Notes: generated from the letters alone by a model not told the origin. 64,000 nucleotides of DNA from Candidatus Aminicenantes bacterium (GCA_963702005.1 OY969696.1:2208001-2272000); one strand, 5' to 3'; counted from the first letter of the stretch, positions 29,662 to 39,837 are shown. Program-made: numbers and translations.

Positions 29662-30962
29662 GGCTGGAGAAAAAGATCCGGGCCAAGCGGGCCCGGGTCG
29701 GCGTCATCGGCCTGGGCTACGTCGGGCTTCCGCTGGTCCAGACGTTTCTGTCCCGGGGCTTCCGGGTCATCGGTTTCGATATCGACCCCAAGAAGGTCCG
29801 CCTGCTCAACGCGGGCCGGAGCTACATCCGTCACATCTCGGCGGCCGAGCTCAAGGTCTTCCTCAAGTCGAGGATGTTCGCGGCCACGACCGATTTCCGG
29901 CGCCTCCGCGCGGCGGACGCCGTCATCATCTGCGTCCCCACTCCGCTCGACGCCCACCGCAACCCGGACCTGTCCTTCGTCCTGGACACGACCCGGGTCA
30001 TCGCCGCCAACCTGCGCCGGGGCCAGCTCGTCGTCCTGGAGAGCACGACCTATCCCGGGACGACGGACGAGGAGATGCTCCCGCTCCTCGAGGCGACCGG
30101 CCTGCGGGTCGGCCGGGACTTTTTCCTGGCCTTTTCGCCCGAACGGGAAAATCCGGGAGACAAGGTCTATTCGACGGCGACGACGCCCAAGGTCGTCGGC
30201 GGCGTGACCCGGGACTGCCTCCGGGTCGCCAAGGCCCTCTACGACCAGGTCATCGTCAAGACGGTCCCCGTCTCGTCGACGCGCGTCGCCGAAGCCTCCA
30301 AGCTCCTCGAGAACATCTTCCGTTCCGTCAACATCGCCCTGGTCAACGAGCTCAAGATGATCTTCGAGCGGATGGGAATCGACGTCTGGGAGGTCATCGC
30401 GGCCGCCTCCTCCAAGCCGTTCGGCTTCATGCCCTTCTACCCCGGGCCGGGCTACGGAGGTCACTGCATCCCGATCGATCCCTTCTACCTGAGCTGGAAG
30501 GCCAAGGAGTTCGACTACACGACGAAGTTCATCGAGCTGGCCGGCGAGATCAACACGGCCATGCCCTATTACGTGGTCGCCAAGACCGTCGATGCTCTCA
30601 GCCGGCGCGGGATCACGATCAAGGGCGCCCGGATCCTCGTCCTGGGCGTCGCCTATAAAAAGGACATCGACGACCAGAGGGAATCCCCCTCCCTCAAGAT
30701 CATCAGCCTCCTTCAGGAACGGGGCGCCCGGGTCGCCTACCACGATCCTTATATCCCCAGGTCGCGCGGCCATCGCGAGTACCCCGGCCTCGACCTCCGA
30801 TCCGTCCCGCTCAGCGCGGCCCGGCTCAGGGGGGCCGATGCCGTCATCATCGCGACCGGCCATACCGTCCTGGATTACGAGCGGATCGCCCGCCAGGCCC
30901 GCCTCGTCGTCGACGCCCGGAACGCCGTCAAGAAACGGTTCAAGAACGTCATCAAGGCCTGA
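29643..30962 (+). CDS. Nucleotide-sugar dehydrogenase (UDP-GlcNAc 6-dehydrogenase, WbpA/WecC-like)
   Basis: GLGYVG, 'LESTTYPG', 'SPER', 'GGHCIPIDP'. Confidence 0.9.
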   Translation: MGQEALRLEKKIRAKRARVGVIGLGYVGLPLVQTFLSRGFRVIGFDIDPKKVRLLNAGRSYIRHISAAELKVFLKSRMFAATTDFRRLRAADAVIICVPTPLDAHRNPDLSFVLDTTRVIAANLRRGQLVVLESTTYPGTTDEEMLPLLEATGLRVGRDFFLAFSPERENPGDKVYSTATTPKVVGGVTRDCLRVAKALYDQVIVKTVPVSSTRVAEASKLLENIFRSVNIALVNELKMIFERMGIDVWEVIAAASSKPFGFMPFYPGPGYGGHCIPIDPFYLSWKAKEFDYTTKFIELAGEINTAMPYYVVAKTVDALSRRGITIKGARILVLGVAYKKDIDDQRESPSLKIISLLQERGARVAYHDPYIPRSRGHREYPGLDLRSVPLSAARLRGADAVIIATGHTVLDYERIARQARLVVDARNAVKKRFKNVIKA

Positions 30963-30998
30963 GGGCCGCCGCCCCGGGCGGCCGCCAAGGAGACGCGC

Positions 30999-32303
30999 AT
31001 GAAGATCGCCGTTGTCGGAACGGGCTACGTCGGCCTGGTCACGGCTACTTGCCTGGCCGAGCTGGGCCACGCCGTCATCGGGACGGACAAGGACGAAGCG
31101 AAGATCCGGACCATCCTCTCCGGGCGGGCGCCCTTCTATGAGCCGGGCCTGGACGACCTCCTGGCCTCGAACCTCGCCAAGGGCCATCTCCGCTTCAGCT
31201 CCGACCAGACGGAAGCCATCCGGGCCGCCGAGGTCATCTTCGTCTGCGTCGGGACGCCTCCCCAGGAGGACGGGAGCGCCGACATGTCCCAGATCGAAGA
31301 GGTCGCCCGGATGATCGCCGAGAACCTCAACGGCTACAAGCTGGTCGTCGAGAAGAGCACGGTCCCGGTCAAGACCTCCTACTGGATCAAGCGGGTCATG
31401 ACTTCGTTCAAGAAAAGCGAGCACCCCTTCGACGTCGCCTCGAACCCCGAGTTTCTCCGTGAGGGCTCCGGCGTCGGCGACTTCATGAATCCGGACCGGG
31501 TCATCATCGGCGTCGAGACCGAACGGGCCCGGGATCTGTTGGCCCGGATCTATGAGCGCTTCAGGGACCGGATCGTCATCACCAACATCGACACGGCCGA
31601 GCTCGTCAAGCACGCCTCGAACTCGTTCCTGGCCCTCAAGATCTCGTTCATCAACATGATCGCCGACCTCTGCGAGCGGACCGACGCCGACGTCGAGATG
31701 GTCGCCCGGGGCATGGGGCTCGACCCGCGGATCGGCAAGTCCTTCCTGAAGGCCGGCCTCGGCTACGGAGGATCCTGCTTTCCCAAGGACGTCAAGGCCC
31801 TGGCCAGGATCGGGGCCGAGCTCGGCGTCGAAATGACCTTGCTCCGGGACGTCGACGCCGTCAACGACGACCGGGTCCGCGTCTTCATGGACAAGGTCCG
31901 CCGCGCGCTCTGGATCCTCAAGGGCAAGACGGTCGGAATCCTGGGCCTCGCCTTCAAGCCCGAGACGGACGACATCCGCGAGGCGCCCAGCATCAAGATC
32001 ATCCGCGAGCTTCTCAGACAGGGCGCTTCTCTGCGGCTCTACGACCCCAAGGCCGCCTCCAACATGAAAGAGCTCTTCCCGGAGGACGGCCAGACCGTGG
32101 CCTACGTCTCATCCCCCTACGAAGCGGCCCAGGGCGCCCACATCCTTCTCGTCCTGACCGAATGGGAGGAATTCCGGAAGCTCGACCTGGCGAAGGTCAA
32201 GTCGCTCATGGCCAACCCCATCCTCATCGACGGCCGGAACGTCTATGATCCGGCCGCCCTCCGCGTCCTCGGGTTCGAGTACGCCTCAATCGGCCGGAAA
32301 TAG
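30999..32303 (+). CDS. ugd: UDP-glucose 6-dehydrogenase
   Basis: GTGYVG, 'KSTVP', 'SNPEFLREG', 'GYGGSCFPKD'. Confidence 0.92.
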   Translation: MKIAVVGTGYVGLVTATCLAELGHAVIGTDKDEAKIRTILSGRAPFYEPGLDDLLASNLAKGHLRFSSDQTEAIRAAEVIFVCVGTPPQEDGSADMSQIEEVARMIAENLNGYKLVVEKSTVPVKTSYWIKRVMTSFKKSEHPFDVASNPEFLREGSGVGDFMNPDRVIIGVETERARDLLARIYERFRDRIVITNIDTAELVKHASNSFLALKISFINMIADLCERTDADVEMVARGMGLDPRIGKSFLKAGLGYGGSCFPKDVKALARIGAELGVEMTLLRDVDAVNDDRVRVFMDKVRRALWILKGKTVGILGLAFKPETDDIREAPSIKIIRELLRQGASLRLYDPKAASNMKELFPEDGQTVAYVSSPYEAAQGAHILLVLTEWEEFRKLDLAKVKSLMANPILIDGRNVYDPAALRVLGFEYASIGRK

Positions 32304-32486
32304 CCGCCCGCGATTTCGGCGTTTACGAATCCTTCCCCCCCCGCGAAGGATATGACTTGGCGATCAACTTCAGAAACGCCCAGGGCCCCCTCGACGCCCG
32401 AGGGGGGGCTCCAACTCGGTGTCAGCTATTTGGCGCTGTCGTATTAAGAAGGCAAGTGGGTTACGTTGTCGGTAGTTGAGAGAGGG

Positions 32487-34574
32487 CTATGACTTAAGCC
32501 GGATCGTAAGCGTGTGGATATGATAATCCGAGGCGATGATGATGATGAAGTCGTCCTCGACGACTGCTTCGATCCGGTAGGGGACTGTCCGACCGTCCAG
32601 CTTCACCTCGAGTTGTGGAGTTTGTACTTTCTTCCCGTCCTTCGCTTCTGGCCGGAGAGGCCAGGGGCTCAGGATTCGGATTTCGCCCCGTCCGGGGACA
32701 TCGCTCGCGTAGCGAAGAGTCAGTTTCCTCCCCGCTTCATTGCATTCGTATTCGTAGGCGGCGAACCGGCCGCAGGCGGGGAGGTCGACGTGAACGCGGC
32801 CGTTGTCCGTCCCCAATCGGGGCTCGAGCGACAGGGAGTCGCGTTCGAGACGGACGCCGAAATATCCCTCGACCAGGGCCTGGCCTAGGCTCCCCGCGCT
32901 CCCCGCATAATAATCGCTTCCGCGGGGCGCCCCGTCTTTCGTGTCCCACTCGGACAGGCCGATATTGGCGATATTCTTGCGGGCGATTTCGAGCAGCTTG
33001 GCCCGGGCCGTCCGGGCCAATCCGCGCCGGAACATCTCCAGGACCAGCTTGCCGCCGAACCAGTCCCACTGCCCGCCGTTTTGATATTCATAGAGCTCAT
33101 CGAGGGCGGGATGCTTGAAGAAGCCGGCTGGATAGGGCGGGAGGAGGACGCCGCTCACGGTTGAGACTCCGAACTTCAGTTGCCTGTCGAGGGCTATCCT
33201 CATGATTTTTAAAGCTTTATCGTCGCTTGCGATTCCGACGCGCACGGCTTGGACATTCCCGCCCAGGGCGAAGATATCGTCCTCGTCGAAGGGATGTGTC
33301 AAGTCGTCGAGGTGGAGGTGCATCCTGTAGAAACCCTTATCTTCCTGCCAGAGCCGGCGGTTGGCGTTCGCTGAGACGGCTTGGGCGCGCTCGGCCCAGA
33401 GCTTCGATCGCTCCTTGTCGCCGAGTCTTCCCTGGAGCGCGGCCAGCGCGCGGGCCGCCTCGACAAACATGGCTTGGTCGTAGATATCCACGGTCCAATG
33501 GGTCGAGTCGCCCGCGTAGATCGCCTTCTGGTCCGCGTCACCGATCTCGACGTCGCCCCAATCGGCGGTATGGGCGCCCGTTACCAAGCCGAGCCGTTTG
33601 TCCCAGCGCTCATGCAGGATGAATTCCATGGCCTCGTCGAGCCTTTGGATGGCGGACTTGCCGGCGATCTGCTCCCGGAGCCAATCCGCGCCGGCGAGCC
33701 GGGCGACTTCGAAAGCGGCCAGGACCGCGCTTGCCTCCTGATCGCTCTCGACCGTGTTCTTGTCCGCGTTGCCCCGGCTGTCGATCCAATCCTCGAGGCC
33801 GCTGTCCTTCCTCTGCCGGGCCAAATGCTCGATCAGCCAGGAGCGAAGCTCGTCGAGGCCATAGAAATTACGCGAGGCGGGGATGATGGTCGCGGCGTCC
33901 CTGAGCCAGACCTGGGGATAGCCCGAGCCCGCGTAAAATCCCCGGATCTCTCCGGTCCGGCCCCGGAAGGCGACCTCGTCACGGCGGAGGGTAATCCGGA
34001 CGAGGCGAAAGAGCTTGTTGAATTCCTCGACCCCCGACTCGATCCTGCTGACGCTGGCCGCCCCGACGTCGAACGGGATCCGATCTTCCGGCCAATCGCG
34101 GGTTTGGACTTCGAGCGGCAGCGTCAGCGTCGGGGACCCGGCGTCCTTGAACCAGGCCAAGCCTTCGCGGACGATGTCGAATTCGAGGAGATAGGAACCT
34201 TTCTCGAGGGGGGCCTTGAGCCGGACTTCGACCCGGGCTTCCCGGCCCGAAGCGATCGGCCCGGGGAGGGGAGTCCGGGGATTGTCGAAGCGGAGGGCCC
34301 GGCCCTTCGCGTCGAGCAAGTGATAGGAGAGAAGGGAGGGATTCCTGCCCGTCGAAACGAGGGACGAGCGGCCTTCGTTTCTGATCGTGATCGCAAGTTC
34401 CAGAGTTTCCGCTTCATAGGCCGCGAGCGTCCGACTCGAGCTCCGGAGCGAAACGCGGTCTTCGGAATTCTCGCGCGAGGACGTTCGCCGTCCGGAACGG
34501 ACGACGAGAGGGAGCGCGATCAGGAACAAAACGGACGTCAGCATCAGCGCGACGGATGGAGCTCTCAGGCTCAT
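32487..34574 (-). CDS. Exported protein: NBR1/Ig-like domain plus (alpha/alpha)6 glycoside-hydrolase-like domain
   Basis: Signal/TM anchor, 'LSYH...G.Y.LEFDIVREG..WF', then 'YPQVWLRDA', 'TADWGD', 'YQNGGQWDW'. Confidence 0.65.
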   Translation of the reverse strand: MSLRAPSVALMLTSVLFLIALPLVVRSGRRTSSRENSEDRVSLRSSSRTLAAYEAETLELAITIRNEGRSSLVSTGRNPSLLSYHLLDAKGRALRFDNPRTPLPGPIASGREARVEVRLKAPLEKGSYLLEFDIVREGLAWFKDAGSPTLTLPLEVQTRDWPEDRIPFDVGAASVSRIESGVEEFNKLFRLVRITLRRDEVAFRGRTGEIRGFYAGSGYPQVWLRDAATIIPASRNFYGLDELRSWLIEHLARQRKDSGLEDWIDSRGNADKNTVESDQEASAVLAAFEVARLAGADWLREQIAGKSAIQRLDEAMEFILHERWDKRLGLVTGAHTADWGDVEIGDADQKAIYAGDSTHWTVDIYDQAMFVEAARALAALQGRLGDKERSKLWAERAQAVSANANRRLWQEDKGFYRMHLHLDDLTHPFDEDDIFALGGNVQAVRVGIASDDKALKIMRIALDRQLKFGVSTVSGVLLPPYPAGFFKHPALDELYEYQNGGQWDWFGGKLVLEMFRRGLARTARAKLLEIARKNIANIGLSEWDTKDGAPRGSDYYAGSAGSLGQALVEGYFGVRLERDSLSLEPRLGTDNGRVHVDLPACGRFAAYEYECNEAGRKLTLRYASDVPGRGEIRILSPWPLRPEAKDGKKVQTPQLEVKLDGRTVPYRIEAVVEDDFIIIIASDYHIHTLTIRLKS

Positions 34575-34584
34575 GGAAGGCCTC

Positions 34585-35610
34585 TCAACAAATCCGGGGG
34601 AGGAGCTCGGAGGTAAGCGGTTCGAGGAGTCTCAACCCGCCCGCCGCCGTCTCGCAGAGGACCTCGCCCGGTCGGCCCGGCTTCAGCCCGACCTCGCCGA
34701 TGACGGCCGCCCGCCTTCCCGGGCTGAAGCGCCGTATGTGACTGAGAACCCGGCCGGCGGAAGCCTTGGGCGCAATCAGGACCGCCCGCCCTTCGCAGGC
34801 CATATAGAGGGGATCGATCCCCAGGATCTCGGCCGCGGCCCGGACCGGCCGCGAGAGAGGGATGAGCCCTTCTTCGATCCGGATGGAGAAGGGGAGGCCT
34901 TCGGCCATCTCGGACAGGATGGTCGCCAATCCTCCCCGGGTGACGTCCCGCATCCAGCGGACGCCCATCTTCCAGACCGGGAGGAGGAAGGTCAGCGGCG
35001 CGCAGTCGCTCTTGACGGCGCTCTCCAGACCGAATTCGCCGCGGGCGGCCAGAATGGCCAGGCTGTGATCGCCCAGGGTTCCGGTTAAGATGACCTTGTC
35101 TCCGAGCCGGACTTTCCCGAGATCCGGCCGGCCGATCGCCCATCCCAAGCCCGCGGTCGTGATGAACATCTTGTCGCACTGGCCGCGCCGGACGACCTTG
35201 GTATCGCCCGTCGCCACGACGACGCCGGCCGCGCCGGACGACCTCCGGATCGAGGCCAGGACCCGCCTCACGTCGTCGAGAGGAAGGCCCTCTTCGAGTA
35301 TGACCGATAGGGACAGGAAGCGGGGGACCGCTCCCGACACGACGAGGTCGTTGACCGTTCCGTTGACGCAGAGCGATCCGATGTCGCCGCCCGGGAAGAA
35401 AAGAGGATCGACGACGTATCCGTCCGTGGTGAAAACGAGATTCCGGTCGAGGCGGCTCGCGTCGGGAAGCCCTTTCAGATAGCGATTCCCCAGGGCGGGA
35501 AGGACGGCCCGGTCGATGAACTCGCGCATCAGCCGTCCTCCGCTCCCGATCTCGAGGCTGATTCTTTCGGACCGGCCGGGTTTCTCAGCGGGCTTTTGGC
35601 GTCCGGCCAC
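34585..35610 (-). CDS. hypE: Hydrogenase maturation protein HypE
   Basis: 'GSGG', 'FTTDGYVVDPLFFPGGDIG', 'GDTKVV', 'RDVTRGG', C-terminal LPRIC; GTG start. Confidence 0.95.
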   Translation of the reverse strand: MAGRQKPAEKPGRSERISLEIGSGGRLMREFIDRAVLPALGNRYLKGLPDASRLDRNLVFTTDGYVVDPLFFPGGDIGSLCVNGTVNDLVVSGAVPRFLSLSVILEEGLPLDDVRRVLASIRRSSGAAGVVVATGDTKVVRRGQCDKMFITTAGLGWAIGRPDLGKVRLGDKVILTGTLGDHSLAILAARGEFGLESAVKSDCAPLTFLLPVWKMGVRWMRDVTRGGLATILSEMAEGLPFSIRIEEGLIPLSRPVRAAAEILGIDPLYMACEGRAVLIAPKASAGRVLSHIRRFSPGRRAAVIGEVGLKPGRPGEVLCETAAGGLRLLEPLTSELLPRIC

Positions 35611-36718
35611 GTTTCCCTCCCTTGCTGGCGTATTTGAAATGGATGAGACAGGCGCCTTCGTAGGACACCATGCAGGGGCCATGCGGAGCGTCGGGCCTGC
35701 ATTTCACGGAGAAGAGGGGACAGTCCGGCGGCGAAGCCGCTCCCCGCAGGATCGCGCCGCAGCGGCAGCCCGGAAGGTCGGAGCTCTCCTCGTCAAGAGA
35801 CAATCCGTGGCGGCTGAGGGCGTCGTAGCGCGCATAAGCTTTCCTGAGGCTCAATCCGCTCCGGGGGATGCGGCCCAGGCCGCGCCAGACCGCGTCGCGC
35901 GGTTCGAAGATCGAAGCCATGGCCTTCTGGGCCTTGATGTTTCCTTCGGGCCGCACGACCCGGCCGTAGGCGTTGGCGACCCGGGGGCGGCCTTCGAGGA
36001 TCTGTCCCAGCACGGACCTCAGCCCCAGCAGGATGTCGGCCGGTTCGAATCCGGTGACGGCGCCCGGGAGCCCGAACTCGGCCGGGATGAACTCGAAGGG
36101 CTTCAGGCCCGTTATGGCGCTGACGTGGCCGGGGTAGAGGAATCCGTCGACTTTGACTTCGCCCGCTCGGCACAGGGCCCGGAGCGGGGGTTCGATCAGC
36201 CAGAGGGCGGCCAGGATCGAATAGTTCCGGAGGCGTTTCCGGCGGGCCTCCCTAACGGTGAGGCCGATCGAAGGGATGGTCGTCTCGAACCCTGCCGCGA
36301 AGAAGACGACGTCGCGGGACGGATTGCGGAGGGCGAGCTCCAGGGATTCGGCGGGCGAATAGACGATCTGGAGCCGGGAGCCGCGGGCCGGGACGGCCCG
36401 CTGCAGGGAGCCGCGCCGGGTCGGGACCCGAGTCATGTCCCCGAACGCGGCCAGGATGACATTCTCCCGGTTGGTGAGGAAGTCCAGGGCGGCCTCATGG
36501 TAGGCGTCCGGGGTGATGCAGACGGGGCAACCCGGCCCCGAGACCATTTCGACGCCCGCCTCGGAGAGGAGGGGCTTGAGGCCGTAGCGGTGGATGGTCA
36601 TGGTGTGCGTCCCGCACACCTCCATGATCCGGACGGCTCCGCCCGGGACCCGGGCGGTCAGCCCGGAGACCTCCCGGAGAAGGCTCCCGATGATCTTCTT
36701 GTCGCGGAAAGGCTCCAT
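35585..36718 (-). CDS. hypD: Hydrogenase maturation protein HypD
   Basis: 'MEVCGTHT', 'GPGCPVC', 'GFETT', 'PGHVS', 'GPCMVSYEGAC'. Confidence 0.95.
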   Translation of the reverse strand: MEPFRDKKIIGSLLREVSGLTARVPGGAVRIMEVCGTHTMTIHRYGLKPLLSEAGVEMVSGPGCPVCITPDAYHEAALDFLTNRENVILAAFGDMTRVPTRRGSLQRAVPARGSRLQIVYSPAESLELALRNPSRDVVFFAAGFETTIPSIGLTVREARRKRLRNYSILAALWLIEPPLRALCRAGEVKVDGFLYPGHVSAITGLKPFEFIPAEFGLPGAVTGFEPADILLGLRSVLGQILEGRPRVANAYGRVVRPEGNIKAQKAMASIFEPRDAVWRGLGRIPRSGLSLRKAYARYDALSRHGLSLDEESSDLPGCRCGAILRGAASPPDCPLFSVKCRPDAPHGPCMVSYEGACLIHFKYASKGGKRGRTPKAR

Positions 36719-36730
36719 GGATACGTTCGG

Positions 36731-36982
36731 TCAGGCGCGACGCTTGGGAGAGCGATTCGAGGCGGCCGGGCCGGCCATCTCCCTGAGGTATCTCAAAGTC
36801 TGGCGCGCTTCCGCCGCGTCGAGCTTGGCGATGGCGAAACCGGCATGGACGATGACCCAGTCGCCGACCCGGACATCTTCGAGAAGGGACAGGTCGACTT
36901 TAATCTTCGTGCCCAGATAGTCGATCCGGCCCTGGGAACCGGGTCCGGCGCTGAGAACCCGGGCGGGAATGGCCAGGCACAT
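36731..36982 (-). CDS. hypC: Hydrogenase chaperone HypC
   Basis: MCLAIP and 'GDWVIVHAGFA'. Confidence 0.95.
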   Translation of the reverse strand: MCLAIPARVLSAGPGSQGRIDYLGTKIKVDLSLLEDVRVGDWVIVHAGFAIAKLDAAEARQTLRYLREMAGPAASNRSPKRRA

Positions 36983-37043
36983 GGCAGTTTCGCCTCCTTT
37001 GACTTCTTAGATTAGCAGATAAGGCCGAGGCCCGCCACCTCTT

Positions 37044-37072
37044 TTGACAATTCCCGACCGTGTCCATATAAT
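37044..37072 (+). promoter_or_regulatory. Consensus sigma70 promoter of the uppS operon (likely leaderless mRNA)
   Basis: TTGACA-17-TATAAT; the ATG follows 6 nt later with no SD. Confidence 0.8.
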
Positions 37073-37078
37073 GAAGCG

Positions 37079-37873
37079 ATGATTCCCGACCTTAAGGGCT
37101 TCATCAAGCCCGGATCCGTCGAAGACGAGCTCGTCCGCCGGGTCGATTTCGAGCGTCTTCCCGTCCACATCGCCATCATCATGGACGGGAACGGCCGCTG
37201 GGCCAAACAAAGGAAGCTTCCCCGCGTCGAGGGGCACCGGGCCGGCTCCAAATCCGTCCGGGAGATCGTCGAGGCGAGCGCCCGGCTGGGCGTCAAAGTC
37301 CTCAGCCTCTACGCCTTTTCCAAGGAAAACTGGAAGAGGCCCAAAAAGGAGGTGTCCCTCCTCTGGAAGCTTCTCGAGGATTATCTCAGGAAAGAGGATA
37401 AGGTGCTGGTCGAGAACAGGATCCGGCTTCGAGCCATCGGCCAGCTGAACGGCCTTCCGGCTTCCGCCCGCCGCGAGCTCGATAGGGTCGAAGCCCTGAC
37501 CGCGGCCAACGACAAGATGACCGTCTGCCTCGCCCTCAACTACAGCGGTCGGGCCGAGATCGTGGACGGCGTGCGCCGTCTGCTGGCGGAACGGAGCGCG
37601 GATCCGGCCGCCCTGGACGAGGCCGGCTTCGCCCGCGTCCTCTATACGGCCGGGCTCCCGGACCCCGATCTTCTCATCCGCACCAGCGGCGAGCTGCGGG
37701 TGTCCAACTTCCTGCTCTGGCAGATCGCCTACGCGGAGATCTGGGTGACCCAAGAATTCTGGCCCGATTTCCGGACCCGGCATCTCCTGCAGGCCCTGAT
37801 CGACTACCAGAAAAGAGAAAGGAGGTTCGGGGCGGTCTCGCCCGGCGACGAACCCGTCCCCGAAGACCCATGA
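37079..37873 (+). CDS. uppS: Undecaprenyl diphosphate synthase
   Basis: 'HIAIIMDGNGRWA', 'AFSKENWKRP', 'RTSGELRVSNFLLWQ'. Confidence 0.95.
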   Translation: MIPDLKGFIKPGSVEDELVRRVDFERLPVHIAIIMDGNGRWAKQRKLPRVEGHRAGSKSVREIVEASARLGVKVLSLYAFSKENWKRPKKEVSLLWKLLEDYLRKEDKVLVENRIRLRAIGQLNGLPASARRELDRVEALTAANDKMTVCLALNYSGRAEIVDGVRRLLAERSADPAALDEAGFARVLYTAGLPDPDLLIRTSGELRVSNFLLWQIAYAEIWVTQEFWPDFRTRHLLQALIDYQKRERRFGAVSPGDEPVPEDP

Positions 37874-38673
37874 GCCTGCGTCAGAGAACTTCGACCGCGC
37901 TGGTACTGATCGCCGTGATCGTAGCCGTCATCCAGTGGGCCCCCCGGCTCGTCTATTTCTTCTTCCTCCAGGCCATCATGCTGGCCGCCCTGATGGAATT
38001 CTACAACCTGGCCCGACGCAGGAACCAATATCCCCGGAGAGTGCTTGGAGCGGTCCTGGCCCTTCTCCTCGGGCTCCCTCTGATCGTGCGGGGGGTCTCT
38101 TTCCCGATGGCCCTGTTCGCCGGCTTTCTGCTCACGGCCGTCGTCTTCGTCGTCACTTTCGACACGGTCGAAAAGCTCCCCGCATTCAGCGCGGCCATCA
38201 CGCTGACGATGTTCGGCGCCCTCTACGTCGCCTTTCCGCTCGATTTCTTCTTCGCCCTGCGCGAAGAGAGAGGTCCCTTCACGATTTATTTTCTGTTCTC
38301 GGTCATCTTTCTGGGCGACAGCGGCGCCTATTTCGTCGGAAAGCTCATCGGCCGTCACAAGATGACCCCCCTGGCCAGCCCCAATAAAACCTGGGAAGGG
38401 AGCGTCGCCGGCATTTTGCTCGCCGCGCTGGGGGGGATGGCCGCCCGCCGGGTCTTCCTCCCCGGGCTGGACTTCGGGATGGCCGTCCTGACCGGAGTCG
38501 TCGTCCACGCCGCCGCCCAGGTCAGCGACCCGCTCGAATCCCTGTTCAAGCGGGCCGTCGGCGTCAAGGACTCATCGAACATGCTGCCCGGCCACGGCGG
38601 CTTCCTCGACCGGGTGGACAGCTTCCTCCTGGCCGCGCCCCTGTTTTACTATTTCGTCCGGTTCTTGTGGTGA
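37870..38673 (+). CDS. cdsA: Phosphatidate cytidylyltransferase
   Basis: 'SPNKTWEG', 'KDSSNMLPGHGGFLDRVDS'. Confidence 0.95.
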   Translation: MSLRQRTSTALVLIAVIVAVIQWAPRLVYFFFLQAIMLAALMEFYNLARRRNQYPRRVLGAVLALLLGLPLIVRGVSFPMALFAGFLLTAVVFVVTFDTVEKLPAFSAAITLTMFGALYVAFPLDFFFALREERGPFTIYFLFSVIFLGDSGAYFVGKLIGRHKMTPLASPNKTWEGSVAGILLAALGGMAARRVFLPGLDFGMAVLTGVVVHAAAQVSDPLESLFKRAVGVKDSSNMLPGHGGFLDRVDSFLLAAPLFYYFVRFLW

Positions 38674-39833
38674 TGAAGCGCATCGTCCTTCTCGGCTCGA
38701 CCGGATCGATCGGAACGAACACGCTCCGGATCGTGGAGCGCTTTCCGCACCGCTTCCGGGTGTCGGGCCTAGCGGCTGGCCGCAACCTGAGCCTCCTCGT
38801 CCGCCAGGCGCGGGCGTTCCGTCCTCGGGTCGTCTCGGTCGAGCGCGAGGCCGACGCCGCCAAGGTTCGCCGGGTCTTGGGCGGGCTCAGGATCGAGGTC
38901 CTGGCCGGTCCCGAAGGCGCCGAAGCGCTGGCCAAGCAGGTCGAATCCGACATCGTCGTCTCGGCCATCACGGGCGTTCAAGGCCTGCGGCCGACCCTGG
39001 CCGCGGTCCGGGCCGGCAAAACCGTGGCCTTGGCCAATAAAGAATCCATGGTCGTGGCCGGACCTCTCCTCCGGCGGGAAGCGGCCCGATCCGGGGCCGT
39101 CTTCATTCCCGTCGACAGCGAGCACAGCGGCGTCTTCCAATGCCTGGCCAAAGAGCGCCGGGACGCCGTCCGGAGGGTCATCCTGACCGCGTCGGGCGGC
39201 CCCTTCTGGCGGACGCCTCTGGCCGAGCTCAAGACTAAAACCCCCGAGGAAGCCCTGCGCCATCCGCGCTGGAAGATGGGGCGCAAGGTCACGATCGATT
39301 CGGCGACCCTGATGAACAAGGGATTGGAGCTCATCGAGGCCCGCTGGCTTTTCGGGCTGGCGCCGGAGGATCTCGACGTCCTCATCCACCCCCAGAGCAT
39401 CGTCCACGCCCTGGTCGAGATGAAGGACGGATCGGTCTTGGCCCAGCTGAGCGTCACCGACATGCGGATTCCCATCCTGTTTGCCTTGAGTTATCCCGAC
39501 CGGAGCGAGGCCGTCTTGCCCTCTCTCGATCTTGCCCGGATCGGCACCCTCGAATTCCACCCGGCCGGCGAGAAGCGGTTCCCTCTCCTCGGCCTGGCCC
39601 GTCGGGCGCTGGCGGAGGGGGGGAGCTGGCCGGTCGCCCTCAATGCGGCCAATGAGGTCGCCGTCCGGGCCTTTCTGGAGCGTCGGATACGTTTCGGCGA
39701 CATCGCCGGCCTGGTGCGCCGAACCCTGGACGGGCACGCCCGAACGGACTGCCGGACGATGGGGGACATCCTGGAGGCCGACCGCGCGGCGCGGGCCCTG
39801 GCCTTGGAAAAGCTCAAACTGACGCAGAGGTAA
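38673..39833 (+). CDS. dxr: 1-deoxy-D-xylulose 5-phosphate reductoisomerase
   Basis: 'LGSTGSIG', 'LANKES', 'PVDSEH', 'TASGGPF', 'NKGLE'. Confidence 0.95.
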   Translation: MKRIVLLGSTGSIGTNTLRIVERFPHRFRVSGLAAGRNLSLLVRQARAFRPRVVSVEREADAAKVRRVLGGLRIEVLAGPEGAEALAKQVESDIVVSAITGVQGLRPTLAAVRAGKTVALANKESMVVAGPLLRREAARSGAVFIPVDSEHSGVFQCLAKERRDAVRRVILTASGGPFWRTPLAELKTKTPEEALRHPRWKMGRKVTIDSATLMNKGLELIEARWLFGLAPEDLDVLIHPQSIVHALVEMKDGSVLAQLSVTDMRIPILFALSYPDRSEAVLPSLDLARIGTLEFHPAGEKRFPLLGLARRALAEGGSWPVALNAANEVAVRAFLERRIRFGDIAGLVRRTLDGHARTDCRTMGDILEADRAARALALEKLKLTQR

Positions 39834-39837
39834 CGAT

